Positions 30,491 through 40,959 of a DNA stretch of 64,000 nucleotides are shown piece by piece. The translations under genes and the position numbers were made by a program. Below the pieces are notes generated by a model, which ran no database searches, was not told the origin of the DNA, and saw only the letters and a list, made by a program, of their open reading frames with translations. Source of the DNA: a bacterium (GTDB taxonomy: Bacteria; Electryoneota; RPQS01); the NCBI GenBank assembly GCA_018812265.1, contig JAHJDG010000009.1, forward strand, positions 5,042-69,041. The letters run 5' to 3'. The first letter of the stretch is position 1, and each line of letters opens with the position of its first letter.

Positions 30491-33400
30491 ATGCACATGA
30501 GAAGAACCATCAGCATAACCGTCTTTGTGGTGATCTGTCTGACGCTTGTGGCCCTGGTCGGCTGGAGTCAAGGTCCGGAGGATTGGGAGTACTACAAGGG
30601 CAGTACGCTCAATCGCGCCAGAAATACGATGAGCGGAAACCTCGTTCGAACGGTGTTCTACAACTACGGTCTGACGGGGAATATCGGGGAGATCTCGGGC
30701 GAGTGGCCGATCGGTACGGGCAACGAATATGTGGGGGACGTCTCGCCGCTGGTGGGGATTGAATTTGTTCATCCTTCGGGCGACACTTTGCGGTCGGTTC
30801 TAACCTCCGACGGGCCGCGCGGGAATCCCGACGGACCTCCAGGCGGCGGAACCTTCTGGGGATTCGAACCTCTACCGGGTTTTGCGGCACTGCCCGCGAT
30901 CGGCGAGGATCCGAAGGTGGCAATGTCGAATCAGCCGCTCACCTGGCCGGACTTCTGGCCCGACAAATACGTCAATGATCCCAACGATCCGACCTGGCGC
31001 ATCCAGAGCGATCGGGGCTGGCGAGGATCGTGGAATGGGTATTTCGGCAAGAACGTGACGAACGCCGATCAAGAGACCTACTTCGTAACGGACGATCAGG
31101 CGGACATGGAGTGGTTCGAGCGATCCGACTCGCTGGGCAACGTCTATCGCTATTATCCCAATCCCGAAGATTCAGCTCGTCGGGGACTGGGGATTCGAGT
31201 GTCGGTGCGCGGTCTGCAGTGGGCGCATTTTCTGGCGCAAGACTGCATTTTCTGGCTCTATGATATTACCAACATCAGTTCCTACACCTACAACAAGGTC
31301 GCGTTCGGGATGGTAGTGGGAACGCTTTCGGGCGGGCGGCAGGATTCGCGGGACGATCTGGCCTATTTCGACCTCGGCTACGATATCACCTACAGTTGGG
31401 ACAGCGACGATCAGGGTTCTGCCGGCTGGATTCCGGTGCGTCCGGGCGAGATCAACGTCGGATACGTGGGCTATGCCTTTTTGGAATCACCCGGCAATCC
31501 CTATGACGGGATTGACAACGACGGCGACGTCCCCAGTCCAAGCTACGTATTGGAACCGTCCGATTTCCAGGCGCGATCCTACAACGTGGGAAATCGCTTG
31601 TTCCTGATCAATTACAGCACCTTCGAGCGGATTGACACGACTATGCCGACTCAGGGGATTTCGTTTACCGCCTACGGGCGCCAGTTTAACGTATATCCCG
31701 GCCAGATGTTGGAGGAAAACGGACGGAACAATATTGACGACAATCTGAACGGACTGATTGACGAACGGATCGAAGACCATCTCGGACTGACCTACAAGGA
31801 TTACTTCAACAATCGCGGACTCGATAATCTCCTGATTGACGAGGCGCGCGATGACGGCATTGACAACGACGGCGACTGGGATCCGCTGACCGACGACGTG
31901 GGAGCGGACGGCGTGCCGGCTACGGGAGACTACGGGGAGGGCGACGGCCTTCCGACGAACGGCGAGCCGCATTTCGACCGGACGGACGTGGACGAATCGG
32001 ATCAGATCGGACTGACGTCCTTCGAGTATTTCAGTCCTCCGGGAGCGGTTCGGATGCGGGACGACGCAGCGCTCTGGACCCGGATGGAACCGGGTCACTT
32101 CGACGTCACCCCCAACACTCCCGAAGACGGCGATTTCATCTACGGTTCGGGCTACTTCCCGCTTCGTCCGGGGCAGACGGAACGATTTTCGATGGCCTTG
32201 TTGTACGGCGAGGATTTCGCGGATCTGACCGAGAACAAAATCACCGTCCAGCAGGTTTACGACGAGAATTACAATTTCGCCCGCCCGCCCGAGAAGCCCA
32301 CCGCCTGGGTGGTACCGGGCGACGGCCGGGTAACCCTTTACTGGGATGACGTTGCCGAGTCGTCACTTGATCCCGTTTCCGGCTACGACTTTGAAGGGTA
32401 CAAGATCTACCGCGCCACCGATCCGAACTTCCGCGAAGTGTTTTCGATCACCGACGGATTCGGGCGGCGCGTATTCCACCGACCCATCGCCCAGTTCGAT
32501 CTGATCAACGAATATGAGGGTTTCTTCCCGATCATTCGCAACGCCGTGATCGTGTATCTTGGCGCTAATACGGGCCTCCAGCACTCGTGGACGGACACCA
32601 CGGTGGAGAACGGTCAAACGTATTACTACGCGGTGGTCGCCTACGACCACGGGGATATCGAGAAGGCGATTCTCCCGGCGGAGAACAATAAGACCATCGT
32701 GGTGGACGAGGCGGGCAACGTCACTCTGGACAAGAATACGCTCCTCGTCACTCCCCGCGCTCCGGCGGCCGGATATCAGGAACCGCGCCTTTCTTCGGTT
32801 GCACACGTCGGCGGTTTCTCGACCGGGATGATCGGTGTTGAGGCGTTGGATCCGCGGGAGATTCAAGACGACCGGCAATACGACTTCCGGTTCTCGGCGC
32901 AGCCATCAGACACGCCCAGTGTGCCGTCCCACGTCGAATATCACGTGCTTCGTCAGTCTGACGGACAGACGGACACGTTGATCGGCGGCAAGCTCCTCGT
33001 GCCGGAACCGAATCTTCTTCCACAGGCGGATCCATTCGCGGCCTACTATGACTCGCTGTTCAATCTTCCACCCGGCACGTATGATCCCGCCCTCTACTTT
33101 ACCGTGGCGGGAACACAGGTTTTTGACGGGCAGCGGGCGTACATGCTGCTCCCACGGGACGTCAAGCTGATCCCACAGGCCAGCGGATGGGCGGATACAA
33201 GCCGGCACTTGTACAGCTACCGCTTCACCAAGGCGTCCTTGTGGTATCAGGGCTATCAGATCGTGACCGGCGTAGCCTATCCCTCCGACTACCACGTGGA
33301 ATGGTATGAAGGCGTGGTGGATACATCCACGTACCTCAATTTCTACAACCTGTTGATTTATCCGGCGCGACCGGTGAACTTCCGCGTGAAGAACCTGAAC

Positions 33401-33976
33401 CGGAATGAGTATATCGAATTCGGATTCATCGAGCAGGCGGCCACAACGAATGGAGTCGTTGATCCGGGCGAGGTGATTCTCTTTCTCGAAAACGACACTC
33501 TGGTGACGTGGGCGCTTGAATTTCGCCGGACCGTGGGGGGAAGTGACAGCACGCGACCGGATAACGGCGATGACCTGCAGCTTCGATTGTATCAGCCGTA
33601 TTCCGACGCGGACGTCTATCGGTATACGACCCGCGCCGCGCGCGTGGATCCGGGGGCGGTGAATCTCGATCGCATCCGGGTGTACCCCAATCCCTACGTA
33701 GCGGTATCGGCGCAGGAGCCGGCCAACCGGTACGGCGAGGGCCGCGGCGAACGTCGGATTTCCTTCATCCATTTGCCGGATCGCTGCACCATTCGCATTT
33801 ATACGGTGCGCGGTGACCTTGTGGAAACCATTGAACACCTGACGACCATTGACGACGGAATGGAATCGTGGGACTTGCGGAGTCGCGACGGATTAAACGT
33901 TGCCTATGGAGTCTATCTCTACCACATTGATTCGCCCTACGGCGAGAAGATCGGACGCTTTGCGGTGATCAAATGA
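30491..33976 (+). CDS. Large secreted protein (1161 aa) with thrombospondin-type-3-like Ca-binding DNDGD repeats and a Por-type C-terminal domain. It sits where a SusD would be expected.
   Basis: Signal peptide. GIDNDGDVPSP and DDGIDNDGDWDPLTDDVGADGVPATGDYGEGDGLPTNGEPHFDRTDVDESDQ. C-terminus VYPNPY...TIRIYTVRGDLV...GVYLYHI...GRFAVIK. 52 nt downstream of the receptor. Confidence 0.6.
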   Translation: MHMRRTISITVFVVICLTLVALVGWSQGPEDWEYYKGSTLNRARNTMSGNLVRTVFYNYGLTGNIGEISGEWPIGTGNEYVGDVSPLVGIEFVHPSGDTLRSVLTSDGPRGNPDGPPGGGTFWGFEPLPGFAALPAIGEDPKVAMSNQPLTWPDFWPDKYVNDPNDPTWRIQSDRGWRGSWNGYFGKNVTNADQETYFVTDDQADMEWFERSDSLGNVYRYYPNPEDSARRGLGIRVSVRGLQWAHFLAQDCIFWLYDITNISSYTYNKVAFGMVVGTLSGGRQDSRDDLAYFDLGYDITYSWDSDDQGSAGWIPVRPGEINVGYVGYAFLESPGNPYDGIDNDGDVPSPSYVLEPSDFQARSYNVGNRLFLINYSTFERIDTTMPTQGISFTAYGRQFNVYPGQMLEENGRNNIDDNLNGLIDERIEDHLGLTYKDYFNNRGLDNLLIDEARDDGIDNDGDWDPLTDDVGADGVPATGDYGEGDGLPTNGEPHFDRTDVDESDQIGLTSFEYFSPPGAVRMRDDAALWTRMEPGHFDVTPNTPEDGDFIYGSGYFPLRPGQTERFSMALLYGEDFADLTENKITVQQVYDENYNFARPPEKPTAWVVPGDGRVTLYWDDVAESSLDPVSGYDFEGYKIYRATDPNFREVFSITDGFGRRVFHRPIAQFDLINEYEGFFPIIRNAVIVYLGANTGLQHSWTDTTVENGQTYYYAVVAYDHGDIEKAILPAENNKTIVVDEAGNVTLDKNTLLVTPRAPAAGYQEPRLSSVAHVGGFSTGMIGVEALDPREIQDDRQYDFRFSAQPSDTPSVPSHVEYHVLRQSDGQTDTLIGGKLLVPEPNLLPQADPFAAYYDSLFNLPPGTYDPALYFTVAGTQVFDGQRAYMLLPRDVKLIPQASGWADTSRHLYSYRFTKASLWYQGYQIVTGVAYPSDYHVEWYEGVVDTSTYLNFYNLLIYPARPVNFRVKNLNRNEYIEFGFIEQAATTNGVVDPGEVILFLENDTLVTWALEFRRTVGGSDSTRPDNGDDLQLRLYQPYSDADVYRYTTRAARVDPGAVNLDRIRVYPNPYVAVSAQEPANRYGEGRGERRISFIHLPDRCTIRIYTVRGDLVETIEHLTTIDDGMESWDLRSRDGLNVAYGVYLYHIDSPYGEKIGRFAVIK

Positions 33977-35001
33977 GCTCTTCAACCTTCAGCAAGACCG
34001 TGGCGCTGGTGCTGGCGCTTATGATGACGACCTCCGTTTGGGCCCAGAGCAAGGTGGGAACTACGGCGGCGCCGTTTCTGGGGATTGCCGTCGGCGCTCG
34101 GGCGGTCGGGATGGGCGGGGCATTTACGGCCGTAGCGAACGACGCCACCGCTCTTTATTGGAATCCCGCCGGGATCGCCGGAATGGAGAAATTCTCGGCG
34201 AATCTGGTGCACACGGACTGGCTGGCCGATCTCAGTTTCGACGTGGTGGGGGCGGTTCTGCCGATGGGCGACGCGGGAGTTTTGGGAGCACAGATTACGC
34301 TGCTCTCCATGCCCGATCAGGAGATCACCACGACTCGGCAGGGCGAGCAGGACGGCAACGGATTATACTTCAGCGCGGGCAGCATGGCGATAGCCGGCAC
34401 CTATGCACGGGCTTTCACGGATCGCTTCAAGCTGGGAATTACGGCTAAGTACGTTCACGAGTGGATCTGGCATGAGAGCGCCACCGGACTGGCTCTCGAT
34501 CTCGGCAGCCTCTACACGACGACGTTCAACGACATGCGGATCGGCGTGGCGATCACGAACTTCGGTGGCGACATGCGGATGGACGGACGCGATCTGGTTC
34601 ACAACCATGACGTGGACGGCACGCGGGAAGGGAACAATGACCGTGTTCTCTCCGATTGGCGGACGGACGACTGGCCATTGCCGCTCCAGATGCGGATCGG
34701 ACTGGCGATGGAAGTGCTGCAGGACGCCCGTCATCGGGTGACCGTGGCGGCGGACGCCGTGCATCCCAACGACAACTATGAGTACGTGAATTTGGGAAGC
34801 GAATGGGCCTATCGCGAGCAGTTCATGGTGCGGGCGGGATACAAGTCGCTTTTTCTTCCCGATTCGGAGGAATCGTTGACGTTCGGCTTGGGCGTACGCG
34901 TTCCGACGCGCGGCGGTCCCGAATTCGGTTTCGACGCCGCCTACGAGAATTTCGGAAGATTCGAGGCGGTGTACAAATACTCTCTGACGGTGTCCTACTA
35001 A
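33973..35001 (+). CDS. Outer-membrane beta-barrel protein, PorV/LptO-like (putative T9SS cargo shuttle) or FadL-like.
   Basis: Signal peptide. N-terminal motif GTTAAPFLGIAVGARAVGMGGAFTAVANDATALYWNPAG. Alternating beta-strand pattern, C-terminal aromatic Y. The start overlaps the upstream stop by 4 nt. Confidence 0.4.
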   Translation: MSSSTFSKTVALVLALMMTTSVWAQSKVGTTAAPFLGIAVGARAVGMGGAFTAVANDATALYWNPAGIAGMEKFSANLVHTDWLADLSFDVVGAVLPMGDAGVLGAQITLLSMPDQEITTTRQGEQDGNGLYFSAGSMAIAGTYARAFTDRFKLGITAKYVHEWIWHESATGLALDLGSLYTTTFNDMRIGVAITNFGGDMRMDGRDLVHNHDVDGTREGNNDRVLSDWRTDDWPLPLQMRIGLAMEVLQDARHRVTVAADAVHPNDNYEYVNLGSEWAYREQFMVRAGYKSLFLPDSEESLTFGLGVRVPTRGGPEFGFDAAYENFGRFEAVYKYSLTVSY

Positions 35002-35067
35002 CTCAACTTTGGCGAACTGGAACAACTGAGAATCATCCATACACATTCAATCTCGGAGGTCGTCATC

Positions 35068-36576
35068 ATGAGGTCATCTCTACTGACTGCAATCGTGGTG
35101 ATCCTTCTCGCCACGACGGTGGCCTGGGCCACCAACGTTACTTTTCAGGTGAACATGGGCTTCCAGCGAACGCTGGGGAACTTCGATCCGACTACGAACA
35201 GCGTGGTGGTTCGCGGCGGATTCAACAACTGGTCAGGCAACGGCAACATGCTCACGGATCCTGACGGCGACAGCATCTATGTGGGTACCTGGGACGTTCC
35301 CACCGCCGTTCCCGACACCACTTACCAGTACAAATTCCTGATCGTGGGTGGAGCATCGGACGTTTGGGAAGCGGATCCCAACCGCGAATTCACAGTGGGT
35401 GCGGATACCCTGACGCTGCCGGTGGTGTGGTTTAACCGTCAAGAGCCGGTGGTAACTGCCAACGTCGAGGTGAGTTTCAGCGTGGACATGAACATTCAGA
35501 TCCTCGTCGGGAGCTTCAATCCGGAAGTGGACTGGGTAATCATCCGAGGAAATCACACTAACCTCGGGAATTGGGGCGGGGAAATCCGATTGGATGAAGT
35601 GACCGGCAGTCCGGGGATCTACTCGATTCTCATCCAATTCGACGATATGCCCGTGGGCACGGGAGTCGGCCATAAGTTTCTGATTCTCGAGGGCGGTGTG
35701 GGTGGAACCGCACATTGGGAGTCCGGATCGGATCGCCTTTTCACTCCGACCGGGAACGAACCTGACAACTTGCCACCTCCCAGCGGCAACGGCTACGGTG
35801 AGATTCTGCTACCGGTTGTCTACTATTCGAATACCGGACCGGACGACATCATCACGAATCCGGTCAATGCCGTATTCCAGGTGGATATCCGTCCACTCTA
35901 TGGACGCATACGGGACGAGGGATACGTTCAGGACGTCCAGGGCGGAGATACCATTTTCTTCGTCGAGAGCATCCAAATCGCCGGAGACAACATCTGCGGT
36001 TGGCCGTGGGGCAGTTTCCCGTTGGAGTACTTCCTCAACGACAATGGACAAGACGGTGACGTGGCGGCGGGCGACTCCGTGTGGAGTCTAACCGTCCTCT
36101 TCCCGGCCGCATCCGCCCGCAGCCAGATTTACAAATACGGCGCAAACCAACTGGACGCCGAGGCAGGATTCGCCATGAATCACATCGTGAATCTTGACGA
36201 CAGCCAACCTACGTTCATGGTTCCGTCCGATTGTTGGGGATCACCGGATACGCTGTACGACGATTGGCCCTGCCTGCTGGCGGGCAGCGATGGGGCGGCG
36301 GAACTCCATCCGCTGGAGTATCAGCTTTCGCAGAACTATCCCAATCCGTTCAACCCGTCAACGATGATCAGCTTCGTCCTGCCGCGCGCCGAGCTGGCGA
36401 AGCTGGCGGTATTCGACGTTTTGGGTCGCCAAGTCGCAACGATCGTGGACGGCCGTCTCGAGGCCGGTAAGCATATCGTTTCGTTCGACGGATCGTGGCT
36501 TTCGTCCGGTGTGTATTTCTATCGTCTGGAAGCCGGTTCGTTCCGCGCCACGCACAAGATGCTCCTGCTCAAGTAA
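35068..36576 (+). CDS. Secreted glucan-binding protein with three CBM20-like starch-binding modules and a T9SS CTD (functional analogue of SusE/F?).
   Basis: Three modules beginning VTFQVNM..., VEVSFSVDMN... and VNAVFQVDIR..., with conserved Trp/Tyr ligand positions. CTD YPNPFNPSTMISFVL...GVYFYRL...KMLLLK. Confidence 0.65.
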   Translation: MRSSLLTAIVVILLATTVAWATNVTFQVNMGFQRTLGNFDPTTNSVVVRGGFNNWSGNGNMLTDPDGDSIYVGTWDVPTAVPDTTYQYKFLIVGGASDVWEADPNREFTVGADTLTLPVVWFNRQEPVVTANVEVSFSVDMNIQILVGSFNPEVDWVIIRGNHTNLGNWGGEIRLDEVTGSPGIYSILIQFDDMPVGTGVGHKFLILEGGVGGTAHWESGSDRLFTPTGNEPDNLPPPSGNGYGEILLPVVYYSNTGPDDIITNPVNAVFQVDIRPLYGRIRDEGYVQDVQGGDTIFFVESIQIAGDNICGWPWGSFPLEYFLNDNGQDGDVAAGDSVWSLTVLFPAASARSQIYKYGANQLDAEAGFAMNHIVNLDDSQPTFMVPSDCWGSPDTLYDDWPCLLAGSDGAAELHPLEYQLSQNYPNPFNPSTMISFVLPRAELAKLAVFDVLGRQVATIVDGRLEAGKHIVSFDGSWLSSGVYFYRLEAGSFRATHKMLLLK

Positions 36577-36696
36577 CTCACGAATTACTGTTTTCGCAGC
36601 TCTGACTTGGGAGGGGAGCGCATCCACCGGGCGCTCCCCTCCCGTATCACGGCCCGCATCCAGCCGAAGGGTCATGCTTTCATGAGGGATCAAACG

Positions 36697-39600
36697 ATGT
36701 ATCGTTGTCTGGCCATTGCCGCCGCCTTGCTCATCCTCAGTGGTGTTTCACTGGGGCAACCCGTGTACTGGATACCGGAAGCCCCACGGGTGGGCGACGT
36801 GCTGACAATTTACTATGACACTCGCCCCGCCGGAGGGCTGGAACCTTCCGTCAGCCAGATTTGGTTGCACTGGGGAGTGTACGATCCGAGCTCGGGCAAC
36901 TGGTCCACGCCGCCGCAGGGAATCTGGCCGGCCGGCTCGCGGCTGCATTCGGACAACATCGCTCTGCAGAGTCCCATGACCCGCCACGCGGATTCGGTGT
37001 TCTATGTCGCGATAGATTTCGACACATCCGTCCACGATATCCAGTTCGTGTTTACCGACGGCCAGAGCACGTGGGACAACAACAATGGAAACAATTGGAC
37101 GATCCATTTTCAGAGTCTCGGCACGGTCGCCTGGTGGACGCCTGAAGAACCCGAGCCCGGCGATACCATCCGGATCTACTACGACGTGGTAGCGGGGACT
37201 CTGCCCGACGGTTCCCAGGCCGTGCGACTCCACTGGGGCGTGAACGAGCAGGGCCATGGGAACTGGCGACTTCCGCCGTCGGTGATCTGGCCTCCCGGAA
37301 CGATCTCGATGGGACAAGCGGCGCAGACGCCGATGATCTCTCAAGGAAACGGAATCTTCGCGCTCAACATCGGTACCAACGATTCCATTGCAACACTGCA
37401 TTTCGTTTTCACTGACGGGACCAACTGGGACAACAACAATACTCAGAATTGGAACATTTTTCTGACGGAACCGCCGATCCCGATCTTTACTTGGGTGGCG
37501 TTTCGCTATGATCCGCGTTCGGCGTATGCCACCTACATCGGCGCAAACGTCAATTCGCTCAATCTGGCGGGAGCATTCAACGGCTGGTCCACGACGGCGA
37601 CTCCGCTCACGCGGCTCGATCCCTACGGCAACCGGTGGGGCGAAGTACAGATTCCGGTGGGCGCCAATGAATACAAATTCGTCGCCAACGGCAACATCTG
37701 GATCACCGATCCCGATAATCCGCAAACGGCCGGTGGTGGATACAATAATTCGCTGTTGACCGCGGTCGTAGACTCGCTTCCGCAGGTTCATGACGTTCAG
37801 CCCGGAGAGAACCGGGTTTTTCCGGCCGACAGCACCGTGGTCGTTACGGTTCGAATTCGACCGGGAGACTTGGGGCCGGGACTGGCCGGGGCTCCGACGG
37901 TGCTCTTGAATGGTCAGCCGTGGGGATCGGTCTGGAACGCCGGACAATCCCTCTTGACTCTGTCTTCACTCCCGGATGATGACGGTCTGGTGTTTCTTCA
38001 GATCAGCGCCACCGACTCGGCAGGCCGCACGGGAAGCCAACATTTGACGTATGGCTTCCGTCAATCCGGTTATCGCGCGGTGGACGCGAAAAACGACGTT
38101 CTGTACACCCCGCCGCAATCCGCCGCCACGTTCGATTTGACCGGTCTGACGATCCGCGAGCGCGCGGGCGGAGATTCCCTCGATTTCACGGTGTCTTTGG
38201 CGGAAATCGGCGGCGCAACGTTCCCGATGATTCTACTCACGGCGTCGAGCTCGGTGAATGGTTGGGCGGCAGTGCCGGGACTGGCGGCGGAAATTCGCGT
38301 GCCGGATTTGGGCGCGGGCGGAGCAGCGATTCTGCTGCTCGATCCCCTCAGCCCTCACTACAATCCAAGCGTACACAATCGGATCCACCCGGCAGGCGAT
38401 CTGGCAGTGGCCGGCCCGGCGGTTACGTTTTCGATTGATCCCACCACCCGCAGCTACAAGGCAATTGTCGCAAAGAGCGATTTGGAGTCGAGTCTCGGTC
38501 TCTATCAATCCGACTGGTACTATACGTGTTCGAGTCTGATGCCCGCCTCGTCCGCCGACGAATATTGCACGGAGATCACCTCGGCCATGGGCGGAGTGTC
38601 GGGAATCGAGGAACCGGACGTTCTGGACGTGTTGTTTATGCAGGCGGCCGACGTCCAAACGAAACTGATGAAAAACTACGGAACCACTCGCCGAGCCACG
38701 TTGGACGCTCCAGGACGCGGCGTGGCGAAGATTCATCCGGATGATATCGGCCCCAACGTCGGCACGGCCGGGCCCTATTGCACGGTGTTGACGCGCGGCG
38801 CACCCACGATTGACACGACGCGCGTCGTCTGCGGGCGGGTAACGTCATCGGTAAGCGTAGCCCAAGCGTGGCTTGTGCAGAACAACGTCTGGACACCGGT
38901 CACGCTCGTACAGGACACGTTTGCCCGCAACGTAACGCTGGTGGAGGGTCCCAATTCGTTCCAAGTGCGAGCCGTGGATACCAACGGGGACAGCGGACGC
39001 TCGCCAACGATGATCTATACTCTGGTGATTGATCACTCGCCGCGCATCAGCATCACGACTCGCCAGGAAGGTCTGCAGGGCGCTCTCGATGCTTCGGGAA
39101 CAACGGATCCCGAACAACAGCCGCTCACGTTCGCGTGGTCTGCGGATCCGGGCAATCCCGGTCCGGTCACTCTGCAGACCGCGAACACCGCCGTGGCCCG
39201 ATTCACGTTTCCCACTACTCCGGGCGAGTACTACTTCAATCTCACGGTCACCGATCCCGACACTCATTCCAGCCACGGCCGGACGCTGTTCAACGTCCAG
39301 CCGGGATCCGTAGACGGTTTCTCACTCAACGAGGCGGTGGACTGGGTGATGAACGCAATGATTTACGAGATCTATCCGCGTTCCTACTCGGCGACCGGCA
39401 ATCTGGCGGGGATCACCGCCGACATGCAACGGATCGCGGACCTGGGCGTGAACTGCATCTGGCTCATGCCGATTTTCGACGGGCCATCGGACCACGGATA
39501 TGAAATCACCAACTACTACGCCATCGAGCAGGATTACGGAACCGAGCAGGACCTGCGAGATCTGGTGGCCGTCGCTCACGCCCGCGGAGTCCGGGTGATT

Positions 39601-40959
39601 CTCGACATGGTCATCAATCACACGGGAATCGGTCATCCGTTCATGCAGGATGCGCTCCGCCATGGGCGACATTCGCACTACTGGGATTACTATGACCGCG
39701 ATGCCAGCGGCAACTACACCTACTACTTCGACTGGTTGTCGCTTCCCAATCTCAACTTGAACAATCCGGAGACGGCCAAGTATTTCATTGACATGTGCGT
39801 TTATTGGGTCGAGGAGTTCGACATTGACGGCTATCGCTGCGACGTAGCGTGGGGTCCGCTGCAGCGATCTCCGCAGTTCTGGGCGCAATGGCGAAACGCG
39901 CTGAAGACCGTCAAGCCGGAGTGTTTGCTGCTGGCCGAAGCCGGGGCAAACGATTTCGCGATTTTCGAAAACCGCTTCGATCTGGCGTTCGATTGGAACC
40001 TCCATCATGAAGGCGGAGCGGCGTTCTCGCGTTGGTTCCCGGCGATTCCCAGTTTCGGTGCGCTCGACGACCTTATTGCGAACTACGGCTATCCGTGGCC
40101 GGCCTACAAGAATCCGCTTCGCTTCATGGAGAACCATGATGAAGACCGGTTCATTGCCGGGAATACTCCGGCACAAGCCAAGCTGGCCGGATCGTTCTGT
40201 ATGTCCATTCCCGGCGCAGTCATGCTGTATGCCGGGCAAGAGGTCGGCACGAGTTCGCAACGCGGAGCGATTCTCTGGGACTATGATCCCAGCGCCATGA
40301 ATCCGCACTATTACCGCGTGACAAACGCGCGGAAGCTCCTCCCCGCCCTGCGGACGGGAAGCTGGACACGACTTGCCAACAACGTGAGCGCCAGTTGCTA
40401 CAGCTTCGCCCGTTACGGGACAAACATGGATCCCTGTGTGTGGGTCGGAAATTTCTCCGGATCGCCGCAGGTGGTTCGCGTGACACTGGAACCGGCGCTG
40501 ATGGGCATTGTGGCCGACTGCACGTATACGGTCTCCGAGCTGATCGGCGGCAGCAACTTCACGACTCCCGGCAGCGGGCTTTCGTCCATTCTGCTCAGTT
40601 TGGCCCCCTATCAGTCACAGCTCTGGGTGGTATCCGATTCGATTGTTTCCGTGGATGCGCCTCCGTCTCGGCCCGAACTTCCGGATCGGCCCGTGCTGCA
40701 CACGGCCTATCCGAATCCATTCAATCCGGCGACGACGCTGCGATTCGACCTTAGTTCCTCCGCGCACGTGACTTTGCGGATCTACGATATTCTGGGTCGC
40801 GAGGTAGCAATCCTTGCCGATGGGATATTCACCGCCGGATCCCATCATGTTCTGTGGGACGCCAATGCATCCGGCCGGGCCGTCGGCAGTGGATTGTATT
40901 TCGCAGTCTTCACCACGGAAGGAACGCGGCAGATTAAAAAACTCGTATTGCTCCGGTGA
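36697..40959 (+). CDS. Cell-surface alpha-amylase: 2 x CBM25-like starch-binding domains + Ig-like region + GH13 catalytic domain + T9SS CTD.
   Basis: Start reset to MYRCLAIAAALLILSGVSLGQP. CBM25-like ...TIYYD...LHWG...FVFTDGxxWDNNNGxNW twice. GH13 regions I DMVINHTG, II GYRCDVAWG, III LLAEAG, IV FMENHDEDR. CTD YPNPFNPATTLRFDL...GLYFAVF...KKLVLLR. Confidence 0.85.
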   Translation: MYRCLAIAAALLILSGVSLGQPVYWIPEAPRVGDVLTIYYDTRPAGGLEPSVSQIWLHWGVYDPSSGNWSTPPQGIWPAGSRLHSDNIALQSPMTRHADSVFYVAIDFDTSVHDIQFVFTDGQSTWDNNNGNNWTIHFQSLGTVAWWTPEEPEPGDTIRIYYDVVAGTLPDGSQAVRLHWGVNEQGHGNWRLPPSVIWPPGTISMGQAAQTPMISQGNGIFALNIGTNDSIATLHFVFTDGTNWDNNNTQNWNIFLTEPPIPIFTWVAFRYDPRSAYATYIGANVNSLNLAGAFNGWSTTATPLTRLDPYGNRWGEVQIPVGANEYKFVANGNIWITDPDNPQTAGGGYNNSLLTAVVDSLPQVHDVQPGENRVFPADSTVVVTVRIRPGDLGPGLAGAPTVLLNGQPWGSVWNAGQSLLTLSSLPDDDGLVFLQISATDSAGRTGSQHLTYGFRQSGYRAVDAKNDVLYTPPQSAATFDLTGLTIRERAGGDSLDFTVSLAEIGGATFPMILLTASSSVNGWAAVPGLAAEIRVPDLGAGGAAILLLDPLSPHYNPSVHNRIHPAGDLAVAGPAVTFSIDPTTRSYKAIVAKSDLESSLGLYQSDWYYTCSSLMPASSADEYCTEITSAMGGVSGIEEPDVLDVLFMQAADVQTKLMKNYGTTRRATLDAPGRGVAKIHPDDIGPNVGTAGPYCTVLTRGAPTIDTTRVVCGRVTSSVSVAQAWLVQNNVWTPVTLVQDTFARNVTLVEGPNSFQVRAVDTNGDSGRSPTMIYTLVIDHSPRISITTRQEGLQGALDASGTTDPEQQPLTFAWSADPGNPGPVTLQTANTAVARFTFPTTPGEYYFNLTVTDPDTHSSHGRTLFNVQPGSVDGFSLNEAVDWVMNAMIYEIYPRSYSATGNLAGITADMQRIADLGVNCIWLMPIFDGPSDHGYEITNYYAIEQDYGTEQDLRDLVAVAHARGVRVILDMVINHTGIGHPFMQDALRHGRHSHYWDYYDRDASGNYTYYFDWLSLPNLNLNNPETAKYFIDMCVYWVEEFDIDGYRCDVAWGPLQRSPQFWAQWRNALKTVKPECLLLAEAGANDFAIFENRFDLAFDWNLHHEGGAAFSRWFPAIPSFGALDDLIANYGYPWPAYKNPLRFMENHDEDRFIAGNTPAQAKLAGSFCMSIPGAVMLYAGQEVGTSSQRGAILWDYDPSAMNPHYYRVTNARKLLPALRTGSWTRLANNVSASCYSFARYGTNMDPCVWVGNFSGSPQVVRVTLEPALMGIVADCTYTVSELIGGSNFTTPGSGLSSILLSLAPYQSQLWVVSDSIVSVDAPPSRPELPDRPVLHTAYPNPFNPATTLRFDLSSSAHVTLRIYDILGREVAILADGIFTAGSHHVLWDANASGRAVGSGLYFAVFTTEGTRQIKKLVLLR

